Below, one piece after another: positions 38,203 to 47,751 of a DNA stretch of 64,000 bases. The translations under genes and the position numbers were made by a program. The notes under the pieces were generated by a model. That model saw only the letters and a list, made by a program, of their open reading frames with translations, was not told the origin of the DNA and searched no databases. The stretch lies in the IMG/VR virus record IMGVR_UViG_3300017991_000058; one strand, given 5' to 3'. The DNA comes from an uncultured virus (IMG/VR IMGVR_UViG_3300017991_000058). Its lineage: Duplodnaviria > Heunggongvirae > Uroviricota > Caudoviricetes. Positions within the stretch are counted from its first letter, which is position 1, and each line of letters opens with the position of its first letter.

Positions 38203-38595
38203 TCAGAAGACCCCGTCCGGCGTGATGTGCCGGCGCGGCCCCGCGTCGTAGAGCTCGGCGAGCGGGAGCCGGAGAGCGCGGGCGACGTCGACGGCGGTCG
38301 TCCTCGCGACGTGGTCGTCGACGGTGTCGTCCCTCGCGGCGACGAGGTGAGCGAGGGCGGGGACGTCCGCGATCCAGGCGAGGAGCTCCCACGGCGGGAC
38401 GGAGACCCAGCGGTCGGCGGCGATGTCGAAGCGGCGCGGGCGGACGAGCTCGAGAACGGCGACGCCGTCCCCCTCGTCGACGCGGAACCGAAGGGCGAGC
38501 CCGGAGCTCGGACCTCCCCCCAGGCGGACGAGGGCGGCGAGCGCCGGGTCGAGCTCGCCGAGGCGGTCGAGGAGATAGGCGGCCTTCGGGGTCAT
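38203..38595 (-). CDS. RLG-motif family protein
   Basis: LDPALAALVRLGGG..GLAL; C-terminal LRLPLAE; start may be 38661. Confidence 0.7.
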   Translation of the reverse strand: MTPKAAYLLDRLGELDPALAALVRLGGGPSSGLALRFRVDEGDGVAVLELVRPRRFDIAADRWVSVPPWELLAWIADVPALAHLVAARDDTVDDHVARTTAVDVARALRLPLAELYDAGPRRHITPDGVF

Positions 38596-38657
38596 GGCTC
38601 CCCCGGCGGGAGGTAGAGCCAGATCGCCCCGGCCGAGGAGCGGGGCGTCGTAGGGGG

Positions 38658-39086
38658 TCACGGCGCGCCCTCGCCGTCCCGCCGAACGTCGGAGCCGGGC
38701 CTCCGCCCGCCCCGGGCGGAGGGCGGGAGCCACAGCCAGCGCGGGGGCTCGGCGAGCGGGACGCCGAGACACTGGACCGCGACGTGGAACGCGGCGGCCC
38801 TGTCCCGCTCGGCGACGAGGTCGCCCGGGAGCCCCGCCGGAGCGGGGATGGCGACGGTCAGGCGCGCGACGACGTCTGCGCCGCGGAGCCCCGCCAGCGC
38901 GCGCCGGGCCGCGCCCGGAGAGTCGACGGCCCCGCCCGGCCCGAGGGGGACCGCGAGCTCGACGACGGCGGCGCCCGTCGAGTCGCGCCGGAGTGCGGCG
39001 ACCAGCCCGGACGTCTCGGCTCCCCCGAGGCGGAGCGCCGAGGCGAGCTCGGGCGGGAGGGCGGCGAGGGCGTCGTCGAGGGTCAC
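38658..39086 (-). CDS. RLG-motif family protein
   Basis: DDALAALPPELASALRLGG; LGVPLAE..WLWLP. Confidence 0.75.
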   Translation of the reverse strand: MTLDDALAALPPELASALRLGGAETSGLVAALRRDSTGAAVVELAVPLGPGGAVDSPGAARRALAGLRGADVVARLTVAIPAPAGLPGDLVAERDRAAAFHVAVQCLGVPLAEPPRWLWLPPSARGGRRPGSDVRRDGEGAP

Positions 39087-39502
39087 GACCGCTCCTCCGA
39101 AGGAGGAGGGTCGCCCGGGAGCCACAGCCAGAACGGGAGCGTCGTCGGCGGGACCTCTGCCGACGGGAGAGACAGGTCTGCGGACGCACGGCGGATCTCC
39201 GCGCGCACCTCCCTCCAGCGGCCCGGGTCCGTCGCGCGTCGACGGTCGCCGGCGCGCGCGAGGGGGGCGGAGGAGAGGACGAACTCCCCGCAGGCCACTC
39301 GCCGGAGGGCGGCGATCCGGTGCCGGATCGAGGACCCGGCCGTCAGGACGGCGAACGGCGGACGGCTCAGCTCGACGACAGGGAGCTCGCCTCGATCGAA
39401 GCGGACGGCCAGAACGAGACCGGTCGCCCCGCCGGCCAGCCCGACCTCGGCGGCGAGCTCGGGAGGGAGTCCGGAGAGGACCGCGTCGGACGGGCCGGTC
39501 AC
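39083..39502 (-). CDS. RLG-motif family protein
   Basis: VLSGLPPELAAEVGLAGG; LSLPSAEVP..WLWLP. Confidence 0.72.
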   Translation of the reverse strand: MTGPSDAVLSGLPPELAAEVGLAGGATGLVLAVRFDRGELPVVELSRPPFAVLTAGSSIRHRIAALRRVACGEFVLSSAPLARAGDRRRATDPGRWREVRAEIRRASADLSLPSAEVPPTTLPFWLWLPGDPPPSEERS

Positions 39503-39795
39503 GGGCCCTCCTCCGTAGGAGGAGGGGGATGGGCGCGGGCCCGCAGGAACCCCCTGACTCCAGAAGGGCAGACCAGCACGGCGACGTCCTCTCCGCGGTG
39601 CCGGACCCGGAACCGGAACCAGTAGACGCCCCTCTCGGTCGGGTCTCTCGGCAGGCGGACGAGCCGAAGGTCGTCCGGGCGGGCGAGGCGGAGCTCCGCC
39701 TCCGCGGCGAGCATGCCGGACCGGCGCAGCGCCACGAGGACGGCCTTCAGGCGTCCGCCGGACACCATCCCTCCGGCGTCGGGGGCTACGGTCAC
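39499..39795 (-). CDS. RLG-motif family protein (AEAELRLA subtype)
   Basis: LRRSGMLAAEAELRLAR. Confidence 0.55.
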   Translation of the reverse strand: MTVAPDAGGMVSGGRLKAVLVALRRSGMLAAEAELRLARPDDLRLVRLPRDPTERGVYWFRFRVRHRGEDVAVLVCPSGVRGFLRARAHPPPPTEEGP

Positions 39796-40107
39796 CGCCC
39801 GCCTCGAGCCTTCGCGACGCGGATGCGGATGCGGCTTTCGCCCCAGCGGCGGACGACCGTCACGCCGCGCCGGCCTCCTCGGAGAGGAGGCCGAGCTGAG
39901 GCTCGCCAACGAGGTCCGCCACAGGACCGTCGACGTGGGGGAGCGGGACCTGACGTTCGAGCTGTTCGTGGACGGCCGCCCGCTCGCCGGAGGCCGACGA
40001 GGACCATGTCGAGCCCGCGACTCGACGGCCGGCGGCCGGTCGTCACGACGCCGCCCGCGGCCCGCGCGGCACTCGGAGGCTCCCGCGCAGCTCGGTCCTA
40101 ATGCGAC

Positions 40108-40488
40108 TCACGGGACCAACCTGACGTTCAGCCCGACGACTCGCCTGCCGCGCTCGACGAGGTCGAACGTCGACTCCCACGAGCTGACCAACTCGTGGTC
40201 CGTCGCGGCGGAGAGCCTGAGCGCGACCGCCTCGGCCCGCATCCCGGCGCGCTCCAGCGCCGCGACGACGACGTCGCGCAGCGTCCCGTCGACGTGGGAC
40301 GGGGCACGGGGCGCGCCGACGGACCAGAGGTGGACGTCGCAGACGGAGACTCCGCGGGCCGCGCCGTCGACAAACACCTCCCCGCAGATCGGGCGACGGC
40401 ATCCGCCCACCCCGCACGTCGGCCCGTCTCGTCGTCGGCGTCGCTCCACGCCCCCGTCTCTGCTCGGCGGGCGTCGTCCCGGGCCCAA
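40108..40488 (-). CDS. RLG-motif family protein (weak form) with Cys cluster; start uncertain
   Basis: LERAGMRAEAVALRLSA; CGVGGC..CDVH. Confidence 0.45.
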   Translation of the reverse strand: MGPGRRPPSRDGGVERRRRRDGPTCGVGGCRRPICGEVFVDGAARGVSVCDVHLWSVGAPRAPSHVDGTLRDVVVAALERAGMRAEAVALRLSAATDHELVSSWESTFDLVERGRRVVGLNVRLVP

Positions 40489-40529
40489 CGTTCGCTCTGG
40501 CGCTCGACGCGGCGAGCAGGGACGGGGGC

Positions 40530-40859
40530 ATGGTGTTCCGATCCGAGGTCGACGGCGGCTCGATCACGACGGTGGTAGTCCCGGAGAGACGCCGCGCGGA
40601 CATCGAGCTCGAGCTGGCGGAGTGGAGGCTCGGAGGACGGGCGGCGGACAGCGCGTTCGTCCACGTCGGAACGGGCGGGGTCCTGCTGCACTTCCACACG
40701 TGTCGCGATGCCGAGAGGGCCGTCCGACTGATCGGAGCGGCTCCGTGGGTGCGCGTCGACGGTCCGGGCCAGGCAGTCGGTCGCGCCCGCCCGGCGCGGA
40801 CTAATCCCGCTCGGCTGGGGCTGAACCTGAATCTGACGTTCAAGCAGGACGGCAACTAG
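40530..40859 (+). CDS. RLG-motif family, LTF subfamily
   Basis: ELAEWRLGG...F...RDAERA...LTF. Confidence 0.65.
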   Translation: MVFRSEVDGGSITTVVVPERRRADIELELAEWRLGGRAADSAFVHVGTGGVLLHFHTCRDAERAVRLIGAAPWVRVDGPGQAVGRARPARTNPARLGLNLNLTFKQDGN

Positions 40860-40861
40860 GC

Positions 40862-41224
40862 GTGGAGTCCACGGTCCAGATGATGCTCGGAACGAGCGGA
40901 ACGGTCGTCGTCCTGGCCGTCGACCGGGACGAGCTCGCGGCGGCCGAGTCCGCGCTCAGACTCGGAGAGGACGTCGTGCGGGTCGCCGGAGTGTTCCACA
41001 GAGGGGCCGCAGACGACATGATAAACGTCCTGTTCCTGACGTCGCGCGACGCGGAGCTCGCCGCGCGGCGGCTGACGGGCGAACGGCCGTGGGTGACGGT
41101 CCTCAACAGGACGGGGCTTCGTCGACGCAACGGTCCGCGCCGCGCGGCGAGATGCAGCGTCGACGTCGGGACCACCACTCTTAGCCTGACGTTCGGGACG
41201 AGATTCGGTCGAGGGTCGGCGTGA
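40862..41224 (+). CDS. RLG-motif family, LTF subfamily
   Basis: AESALRLGE...F...RDAELA...LTF. Confidence 0.65.
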   Translation: MESTVQMMLGTSGTVVVLAVDRDELAAAESALRLGEDVVRVAGVFHRGAADDMINVLFLTSRDAELAARRLTGERPWVTVLNRTGLRRRNGPRRAARCSVDVGTTTLSLTFGTRFGRGSA

Positions 41225-41559
41225 CGGTCTTCTGGTCGGGGGAGACCGATGCGACTGCTCTGGCAGCTCTCCCGGCGGAGCGGAGGGGAGAGCTCCGGGC
41301 CGCGCTCGCCGAGTGGATGCTGGGCGACGGCGACTCCGCACGAGCGTTCGTCGTCGACGGTGATAGCGGAGCGTCGCTGCTGTTCTGCGGTCGCGCCGAG
41401 GCGGAGCGGGCGTTCGGCGAGCTCGGACCGGGGCCGGTCGCCGTGGCGGTCCTGCGCGGAGACGGTCTCCCGCGACCGACTCGGCTGGCCTGGGCGACGT
41501 TCGGACGCTCGATCGCCACCGTGAGACTGACGTTCATCCGGAGAGCCGCCCGGACGTGA
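41221..41559 (+). CDS. RLG-motif family, LTF subfamily
   Basis: LAEWMLGD...F...AEAERA...LTF. Confidence 0.65.
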   Translation: MTVFWSGETDATALAALPAERRGELRAALAEWMLGDGDSARAFVVDGDSGASLLFCGRAEAERAFGELGPGPVAVAVLRGDGLPRPTRLAWATFGRSIATVRLTFIRRAART

Positions 41560-41563
41560 CCCC

Positions 41564-41860
41564 ATGGGACGCGGGAGACACAGGCAGCTGCGCGACGTGA
41601 TGGTGGGGGCGCTCCGACCGGAGGACCGAGCGGCCGTCCGACTCGGGGCCGAGGTCGTCCTGAGAGTCGAGCTCCACCTCCGCCGCACGGACGTCAACCT
41701 GGCAAGGGTCTTCGTCGGACTGGCGGACGACGCCCGCCCGCGCCCCGTCGGCGGGTTCAGGCAGTCGCCGTCCATGCGCCGCATGGTCGACGCGGCCCGA
41801 GCGGCCGGGTGGGACGTCAGGTTCGAGGTCTGCCGCGGGATGTGGGACGGTGGAGCGTGA
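41564..41860 (+). CDS. RLG-motif family protein
   Basis: GALRPEDRAAVRLGA. Confidence 0.65.
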   Translation: MGRGRHRQLRDVMVGALRPEDRAAVRLGAEVVLRVELHLRRTDVNLARVFVGLADDARPRPVGGFRQSPSMRRMVDAARAAGWDVRFEVCRGMWDGGA

Positions 41861-41994
41861 GCAGCCGTAGGAGCAGGAGGAGGCCCCCCGTCGACGCGAT
41901 CCTGGCCGCCCTCCGCCCGGCGGACCGAGCGGCGGCTCGGATCGGCGCCCACGACGTGGGCTGGAGAGTCGACGTCTATGTAGAGGCGCCGTGA
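41857..41994 (+). CDS. Short or truncated RLG-motif family protein
   Basis: DAILAALRPADRAAARIGA. Confidence 0.5.
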   Translation: MSSRRSRRRPPVDAILAALRPADRAAARIGAHDVGWRVDVYVEAP

Positions 41995-42039
41995 CGGGCT
42001 CGAGATCGCAGGTCCTGAAGTTCGACGGAGACGAGTGAG

Positions 42040-42378
42040 ATGGTGTCGTTCGGGGCCTTCGGGAGAAGCCTGGTCCTGCTCGTCGCGCGGACTCGAGAGG
42101 ACCTCCTGACCATGGAGGCGGAGCACAGGCTAGGCGCCGAGCCGAGCTACCGATCCGGCTTCGCCGCCCTGGAGCGCGACTGCTCCGTCATCCTCCGCTC
42201 GGAGAAGGACGCCGCCGCCGCCCTGCGCGCAGTCCGAAGCATGGTAGAGGGCGGCGGCGCGCTGGCCGTCGTCGGCGGAGGGGCCCCGAAATACGGATGG
42301 ATGCCTAGGAGAGTCGATTCGGTGCAGACGACGCGGCACGGGAGCATGTTCGTGATGACGCTGACGTTCGAGCCCTAG
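42040..42378 (+). CDS. RLG-motif family, LTF subfamily
   Basis: MEAEHRLGA...KDAAAA...LTF. Confidence 0.62.
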   Translation: MVSFGAFGRSLVLLVARTREDLLTMEAEHRLGAEPSYRSGFAALERDCSVILRSEKDAAAALRAVRSMVEGGGALAVVGGGAPKYGWMPRRVDSVQTTRHGSMFVMTLTFEP

Positions 42379-42458
42379 TCTCCGGGGCGAAGGAAGTCGG
42401 CGCCGGGAGTGATCGTCCCCCAGCCCCACCCGAGCTCTCGAGCGACCTCCCGCATGCG

Positions 42459-42878
42459 TCACGCTCGTCTCCTCGGCCCGTCGTCCGCGTCGACCATCGA
42501 GACGCCGATCTCCTCGGCGGCGACCTCGACCAGGGCGAGAGCGACGGAGCGGACCGACAGGGTCAGGACGGCGTCTCTGGCCTCCAAGTCCCGAATCGAC
42601 CCGTTCAAGAGAGACGGAGGGATGCTGCGTCCGTGAGGGTCGGCAAGGATGGCCAGCTCGAGGACGTCGTCGACGACCGTCTCCTCGGCGAGCGAGCGCA
42701 CCTCTCCGGGCGCTGCGGGCCGGGTCCCGAAGACGCACGGGGTGCGGACGACGGACGCGGTCGGGACCCCGCCGGCCGAGTACGCGACCCGGATGGACAG
42801 CCCGGTCCCGCCGCCCCCTAGCCGGATCTCGCTGGCGATCTCGTCCGGGAGCAGGGCCAGCAGGTCGTCCCCGGTCAC
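42459..42878 (-). CDS. RLG-motif family protein
   Basis: DDLLALLPDEIASEIRLGGG. Confidence 0.75.
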   Translation of the reverse strand: MTGDDLLALLPDEIASEIRLGGGGTGLSIRVAYSAGGVPTASVVRTPCVFGTRPAAPGEVRSLAEETVVDDVLELAILADPHGRSIPPSLLNGSIRDLEARDAVLTLSVRSVALALVEVAAEEIGVSMVDADDGPRRRA

Positions 42879-43225
42879 CGCCGCCCCTCTCCGCGCCCGG
42901 CACGGCGGCTCGTCGTCGTCCCCCACGGGGCGGACTTCACGACGGTCACCCCGAGCTCGAAGGCTACCAGCCAGAGATCGCGGAAGGCGACGCAGTATCC
43001 GACGTCGTCCGAACCTAGGCCCAGAACGTCCGTCGCGACGACTTCGCCTTCGACTTCGACGTCGGCGGTCAGCCTCCCGTTCCCGTCCGGCCGAACAACG
43101 AGACGGACGCCTACGTCCCGCCCCCCGGCGAGCCGGACGGCGGCGGCGAGCTCGGGCGGGAGCGCCGACAGGACGTCGTCGACTGTCGGCGAGTCTTTGG
43201 GCCCGGACGTCAGCCTCCCGATCAT
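42875..43225 (-). CDS. RLG-motif family protein
   Basis: DDVLSALPPELAAAVRLAGG. Confidence 0.75.
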   Translation of the reverse strand: MIGRLTSGPKDSPTVDDVLSALPPELAAAVRLAGGRDVGVRLVVRPDGNGRLTADVEVEGEVVATDVLGLGSDDVGYCVAFRDLWLVAFELGVTVVKSAPWGTTTSRRAGRGEGRR

Positions 43226-43578
43226 CTGCATCTCGCGTCCAGCGCCAGGAGCCTCGAGACGCGCTCGACCCAGAACTCGCCCGACATCTCGCCGGGCCGA
43301 CAGCTCTCGAACACGGCGGCCACCTCGACGACGGGCCACGGGTCGTCGTGGGGCGACGGGCTCTCGAACAGGGTGACGGTCGCCCGCCGCCATCTCCTGT
43401 GCGGAACGACACCGGAGGTCTCGACGTGCAGCATGGCGTCGCCGAGTCGCAGGATCGCGGCCTCGTGCGAGGCGAGCAGCGAGAGGACCCCGTCGACGGA
43501 GCACGGAACGGGCCCGCTGACCCGTCGAGCCACGTGCTCTGGCATGAAGGCCATAGGATCGTCGACGCTCCGTATCAT
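43222..43578 (-). CDS. RLG-motif family protein
   Basis: VLSLLASHEAAILRLGD. Confidence 0.62.
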   Translation of the reverse strand: MIRSVDDPMAFMPEHVARRVSGPVPCSVDGVLSLLASHEAAILRLGDAMLHVETSGVVPHRRWRRATVTLFESPSPHDDPWPVVEVAAVFESCRPGEMSGEFWVERVSRLLALDARCR

Positions 43579-44039
43579 CGATACACGTCCAGGCCGACGG
43601 CCCCGGCGGCGACTCCGCCGGGGAGCGTCGGGTCGAGAGTCCACAGTATCCGCGGCGGCGGAAACCCGCGGTTCGTCGGAGGAGGGACCTCGATCACGTC
43701 GAGGCCGATCTCGGTCGCCAGCCGCCCCAGATCGGCCCTGATCCCGGCTCGGCGGCCGCAGTCTCTAGAGTCGTACCAGTAGGACGACGGATTGTCGGGG
43801 CACATCGGGACGTCGCACACGACGATCCGCCAGACGGGATCTGCGTCGACGTCGCCGGCGTCCTCGAGCCGAACGATCTCCAGCGAGGCCAGGACCTCCC
43901 CGTCGAACCGGACGCGGAGAGCGAGCCCGGACGTCGCTCCCCCTCCGAGCCTGAGCGCAGACGCGATCGCCGGAGGGAGCAAACTTAGGACGCTCTCGGC
44001 GTCTACGAGCCCGCGCTCTATGTCGCCGAGCCCGCTCAC
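43575..44039 (-). CDS. RLG-motif family protein
   Basis: VLSLLPPAIASALRLGGG..GLALRVRFDG. Confidence 0.75.
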   Translation of the reverse strand: MSGLGDIERGLVDAESVLSLLPPAIASALRLGGGATSGLALRVRFDGEVLASLEIVRLEDAGDVDADPVWRIVVCDVPMCPDNPSSYWYDSRDCGRRAGIRADLGRLATEIGLDVIEVPPPTNRGFPPPRILWTLDPTLPGGVAAGAVGLDVYR

Positions 44040-44434
44040 GCTCCGATGTCCCCGGGCGGAAGCCAGATCCAGATCGCCTCGTACTGATGGAACGCGTCGT
44101 CGTCGGGATGAGGCACCTCGGCGAGAGGCGTCTCCAGATCCTCGGCGAGTTGCGCGGCGGCGGCCCTGATAGCGGCCCTTCCGAGCGGGCCGTCACCCCC
44201 GTCCAGGGCGACGACGAACAGCGGGTCGCCTCTCCTGATGCGGACGATCGCGCGACTCCGCGCGCCGGACGCCGCGATGGGACCGTCGAGCGGACGGTGG
44301 ACTTCCAGCGTGGCGGTTCCGCCGACGACGTCGTGTCGAAGGACCAGGACGAGCCCGTCCGCTACGGCCCCGCCTAGACGCACGACGGAGGCTATCCGCG
44401 GAGGAAGAGAGTGGAGCAGCTCCGCCGCGGTCAT
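44036..44434 (-). CDS. RLG-motif family protein
   Basis: ELLHSLPPRIASVVRLGG; PLAEVPHPDDD..WIWLP. Confidence 0.75.
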   Translation of the reverse strand: MTAAELLHSLPPRIASVVRLGGAVADGLVLVLRHDVVGGTATLEVHRPLDGPIAASGARSRAIVRIRRGDPLFVVALDGGDGPLGRAAIRAAAAQLAEDLETPLAEVPHPDDDAFHQYEAIWIWLPPGDIGA

Positions 44435-44739
44435 CGTCCTAAGTCCTCTCGCCGGGACGGGGCGCACATCTCGACGCTGAGGATGGGGCGCCTGAGAGAC
44501 CTGAGGACGTTTAGAGAGCCCGGGACGGCCACGATCCTGAGCAGCGCCGGCGCCCCGTCGGCGGACACCTCGAACACGTCGCGGTCGACGCCCCGCTCCG
44601 CGATGGAGACGTCGACCGACGACGCGAGCCTCAGCTCGGCCTCTGCGGCCGCGTGCCCCTCGAAGCGGAGCTGAGCGAGGAGCCTGTCGAGCAGCCCTCT
44701 TGCGATCGGACGTCCCACTCGAGCGTCTCTGCTCGCCAC
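44431..44739 (-). CDS. RLG-motif family protein (AEAELRLA subtype)
   Basis: LRFEGHAAAEAELRLAS. Confidence 0.6.
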   Translation of the reverse strand: MASRDARVGRPIARGLLDRLLAQLRFEGHAAAEAELRLASSVDVSIAERGVDRDVFEVSADGAPALLRIVAVPGSLNVLRSLRRPILSVEMCAPSRREDLGR

Positions 44740-44798
44740 GCGGGCCCCCGAGCCTGACGTTCAGCCCGGACCCCGAGCTCGCGAGCAGTACCGACGAC

Positions 44799-45134
44799 GT
44801 GGCCCACGAGATAGAGATGGAGGCGCGCCGAATCGTCGACGAGCTGATGGCCGGACTCCCCGCGGAGACGAGCGCCGAGCTGATGCTGGCAGAGCGCGGA
44901 ATGTCCGGCCTGGCGCTCGTGCTGAACGTGCCGAGCTGCCGGGTCAAGATCGTCGAGTTCGGAGAGCGAACAGGAGACCCCCCGCCGACAGAGTCGCGGG
45001 GGGTCGGCCGGACGCTCGTCACGGTCGCCACGGCGCGCCACTGGACCATCAGGTCGTCGCGGCTCGCCGCGGTGATCCTGGGGCTCCCGCTCGCCGAAGA
45101 GGTAGGTCGAGATCTGGACTGGGTGATCGCGTGA
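44799..45134 (+). CDS. RLG-motif family protein on the opposite strand
   Basis: ELMAGLPAETSAELMLA..GLALVL; LGLPLAE; GTG 6 nt after GAGCAGTACC. Confidence 0.68.
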   Translation: MAHEIEMEARRIVDELMAGLPAETSAELMLAERGMSGLALVLNVPSCRVKIVEFGERTGDPPPTESRGVGRTLVTVATARHWTIRSSRLAAVILGLPLAEEVGRDLDWVIA

Positions 45135-45137
45135 CGC

Positions 45138-45497
45138 TCACGTCCCGCCCCCTCCGTGGTGAGGCAGCCAGAGCCACCCGGTCTCCGTTCCGCCGCCGCC
45201 AGCGCCGATCGGACGCTCCCGCGCCAAGGGGATTCGCATGCGCCGCGCGGCGGCTCGCAGGTGAGACGTCAGCTCGGGCAGCGGAAGGCTCGGATACGGA
45301 GTCTCCCCCCGCGGACCGACGTCGGAGACCCGGACGACCGCGACGGTTCGCTTCGGAATGAGCGGGAGCCTCACCAGGTCGACAGTCATGGACCTGACCC
45401 TGAGCACGAGAGCCAGACCGCAGGCTCCCCCTGCGAGACGGATCTCGGCCTCGAACTCCGCCGGCAGAGAGCCGAGCAGGGCGTCGACGAACGTCAC
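45138..45497 (-). CDS. RLG-motif family protein
   Basis: DALLGSLPAEFEAEIRLAGG; IPLA..WLWLP. Confidence 0.75.
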   Translation of the reverse strand: MTFVDALLGSLPAEFEAEIRLAGGACGLALVLRVRSMTVDLVRLPLIPKRTVAVVRVSDVGPRGETPYPSLPLPELTSHLRAAARRMRIPLARERPIGAGGGGTETGWLWLPHHGGGGT

Positions 45498-45910
45498 AGA
45501 TACCTCCAGACTCGCGGTTGCAGGAGCCAGACGGCCGACGGCGGATCGCGCCCGGAAGGGGTCTCGGCGAGCGGGAGGTCCAGACGGCACGCCGGACCGA
45601 CGAGCATCCTGACGAGATGGTTGCGGACGACGGTCGTCAGCTTCGGCGGCCTGTACTCTCCGCGCGGCGCGAGAGAGATCGTCGCCAAGACGTCTCCCGC
45701 GCGTCTCCGAAGCCTGCTCAGGACGACGCCGGTCACCACGGACGACATCGTCCAATTCTAGAACGGGAACGGACGGGCGATCTCCAGGTCGGCGACGTCG
45801 TCGCCGTCGAACCTCAGGACGAGCACGATCCCGGCCCGCTCGCCGCCGACGAGACGGATCTCGGATGCGACGTCGGCCGGGAGCAGGGCCAGCAGGTCAT
45901 CGACGGTCAC
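45494..45910 (-). pseudogene. RLG-motif family gene split by an in-frame TAG at 45760-45758
   Basis: DDLLALLPADVASEIRLVGG..LRFDG...PFPF*NWTMSSV...LDLPLAETP..VWLL in one frame. Confidence 0.65.
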
Positions 45911-46227
45911 CGCCGCCTCCCGCGCCGTCTGCGGACGTCCTGGCCGACAACGCGGGCGAGCCCACCGTTCCGCCAGATCTCGACCCGGGCGTCTGGGTCG
46001 AGCCGCCGGACGGCGCCGTGAAGTCCCCCGTCGTGACCTCCGTCGTGGATGAGAGTCCACCGCCCGTCGGCGTCGGGTCGGACGTGGACTATGAGCCTGA
46101 CGATCCGCGGACCATCGAAGTGGAGCGCGACGCGCGCCCTAACGCGCGTCCCGAGCCTGATCGCCGCGGCGACGTCGGGGAACGCGTCCGGGATGTGCCC
46201 CAGGACGACGTCGACGTCGCGCGTCAC
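45907..46227 (-). CDS. RLG-motif family protein
   Basis: AFPDVAAAIRLGT. Confidence 0.65.
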   Translation of the reverse strand: MTRDVDVVLGHIPDAFPDVAAAIRLGTRVRARVALHFDGPRIVRLIVHVRPDADGRWTLIHDGGHDGGLHGAVRRLDPDARVEIWRNGGLARVVGQDVRRRRGRRR

Positions 46228-46442
46228 GGGAACTCCACGGCGCCGGTCCACCAGACGATGCAGACCGTCCGATCGCCGATCATAACGTGGGACGCCCACC
46301 CGAGGCAGTCGTCGTGGCGGAGGACGACGCGACCGTCGAGCCGAACAGCGGCCGCGTCCGCCCGGCCCAGCCCACGCTCCGCGGTCTCGAAGGCCTTCAC
46401 GGCGATAGGTTCGCTCGAGCTGACCGAGATGAAACCGCTCAC
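46224..46442 (-). CDS. RLG-motif family protein (weak form)
   Basis: LGRADAAAVRLDG. Confidence 0.5.
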   Translation of the reverse strand: MSGFISVSSSEPIAVKAFETAERGLGRADAAAVRLDGRVVLRHDDCLGWASHVMIGDRTVCIVWWTGAVEFP

Positions 46443-46444
46443 GG

Positions 46445-46810
46445 CTACCGCCCCACGTCGACGTCCCAGCCGAGCGCCGCGGCCGAGTCGGCTATCACCC
46501 GCGTCCGAGGCGCGTGGGCCCCTATGCTCCTGGACACCGTCTCGTACAGCGGCCTGGACCAGCCCTGGCCCACCGCGCTCACTGTCCTAGTCCTTCCGTC
46601 CGGCGAGTAGCGCACCCTGATGCAGATGCGGACCCCTCCGAGCCTGACGGCGGACGCGACGTCCGGGGCGAGCTGCTCCGTGAGCCGATCGAGCAGCCAG
46701 CAGCGAACGTCGCCCGTAGCGTCCAAGACCAGCTCGACGAACCGCCTGGCCTGCGCCTCGGTGAGGCGCCCGCCTGCCGCCAGGCGTCTGAGCTCCGCGC
46801 GCTTCGTCAC
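46445..46810 (-). CDS. RLG-motif family protein
   Basis: QLAPDVASAVRLGG. Confidence 0.7.
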   Translation of the reverse strand: MTKRAELRRLAAGGRLTEAQARRFVELVLDATGDVRCWLLDRLTEQLAPDVASAVRLGGVRICIRVRYSPDGRTRTVSAVGQGWSRPLYETVSRSIGAHAPRTRVIADSAAALGWDVDVGR

Positions 46811-47106
46811 GGCTCCAACCACTCGTCGAATGGCGGCGCGTCGGACGGGATCGACAGGAGACAAACGATGCGCCGCGGCTCGACGCGCCACACCCCACGG
46901 CCATTCGGACGGTCGTAGGCGTCGTCCAGGACTACGACCTGACCTTCGTCCCACGGACGGGGGTGGATCATCTGGACCGTCCCGTCCAGGACGCCGTCGT
47001 CGATGCTCCACGGACGCCACCTGATCCGAGCGCCCGGCGGGGGGAGCCGCTCAGCCCCGAGCCGGATCGCCGCGTTGGCTGCGGCGATGTCGTCGGCTCC
47101 CCACAT
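46807..47106 (-). CDS. RLG-motif family, PPFxxW subfamily
   Basis: NAAIRLGAERLPPPG...APPFDEW. Confidence 0.65.
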   Translation of the reverse strand: MWGADDIAAANAAIRLGAERLPPPGARIRWRPWSIDDGVLDGTVQMIHPRPWDEGQVVVLDDAYDRPNGRGVWRVEPRRIVCLLSIPSDAPPFDEWLEP

Positions 47107-47390
47107 CAGAGACCCCACCTGGTCTCGACCCCCAAGTCGCGCCAGTACGACTTGACCTGCAGGTCTCGCAGGAGGACGCACGCGACCCACGACGCCGACG
47201 AGTACGGCAGCACGACGCTGGACAGAAGGCTGCGGCGATCTGGATGGTACAGGTCCAGGGCTATCGACTCGTCGCTCGACAGACTGAGGACCGCCCGCAC
47301 GGCGCGAGACTCTCCGAGCATGATGGAGGCCGAGACGGCCGACGGAAGCGTCTCGAGGACGGCGGACACCAGATGGTCAGACGCGGTCAC
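47106..47390 (-). CDS. RLG-motif family protein
   Basis: VLETLPSAVSASIMLGE. Confidence 0.62.
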   Translation of the reverse strand: MTASDHLVSAVLETLPSAVSASIMLGESRAVRAVLSLSSDESIALDLYHPDRRSLLSSVVLPYSSASWVACVLLRDLQVKSYWRDLGVETRWGL

Positions 47391-47751
47391 TGCTCACCCC
47401 ACCATCGTTACTGCTCGCCGCGCGGCGGTGGTCGTCCGCCCGCTCGATCGCGGTCCACCCAAGGTCGTCCACCCAGCGTGTGACGAGCCCCGCGAACGCC
47501 GCGGCGACTAACATGTCGTCCCGCGTCAACCACCCGCGGACGACGTCCCTCGCGACGATCTCGATCGGCTCCGAAAGCACGACGGGACGACGGACGATCA
47601 TGGCCTCGACGGGGCGGCCGTTCGACGTCCCCAAAGGGGCGCGGTCCGGACAGATTCTCCATACAAGAGCGTACCCGGCCCCGCCTCCGAGGCGGAGCTC
47701 CGACTCGATCTCGTCCGGGACGTCGAGCAGGTCGAACGCGGCGACGGTCAC
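47377..47751 (-). CDS. RLG-motif family protein
   Basis: LLDVPDEIESELRLGGG. Confidence 0.72.
   Translation of the reverse strand: MTVAAFDLLDVPDEIESELRLGGGAGYALVWRICPDRAPLGTSNGRPVEAMIVRRPVVLSEPIEIVARDVVRGWLTRDDMLVAAAFAGLVTRWVDDLGWTAIERADDHRRAASSNDGGVSSDRV

Noticed and set aside
39820..40100. Possible extra plus-strand family gene (EEAELRLANEV...LTFELF)
   Set aside because: No clear in-frame start or end; may be a frameshifted remnant, so not called.
39949..44767. Recurring CTGACGTTC as a DNA site
   Set aside because: Mostly explained by preferred codons for Leu-Thr-Phe in paralogs; similar strings occur in unrelated genes in both orientations.
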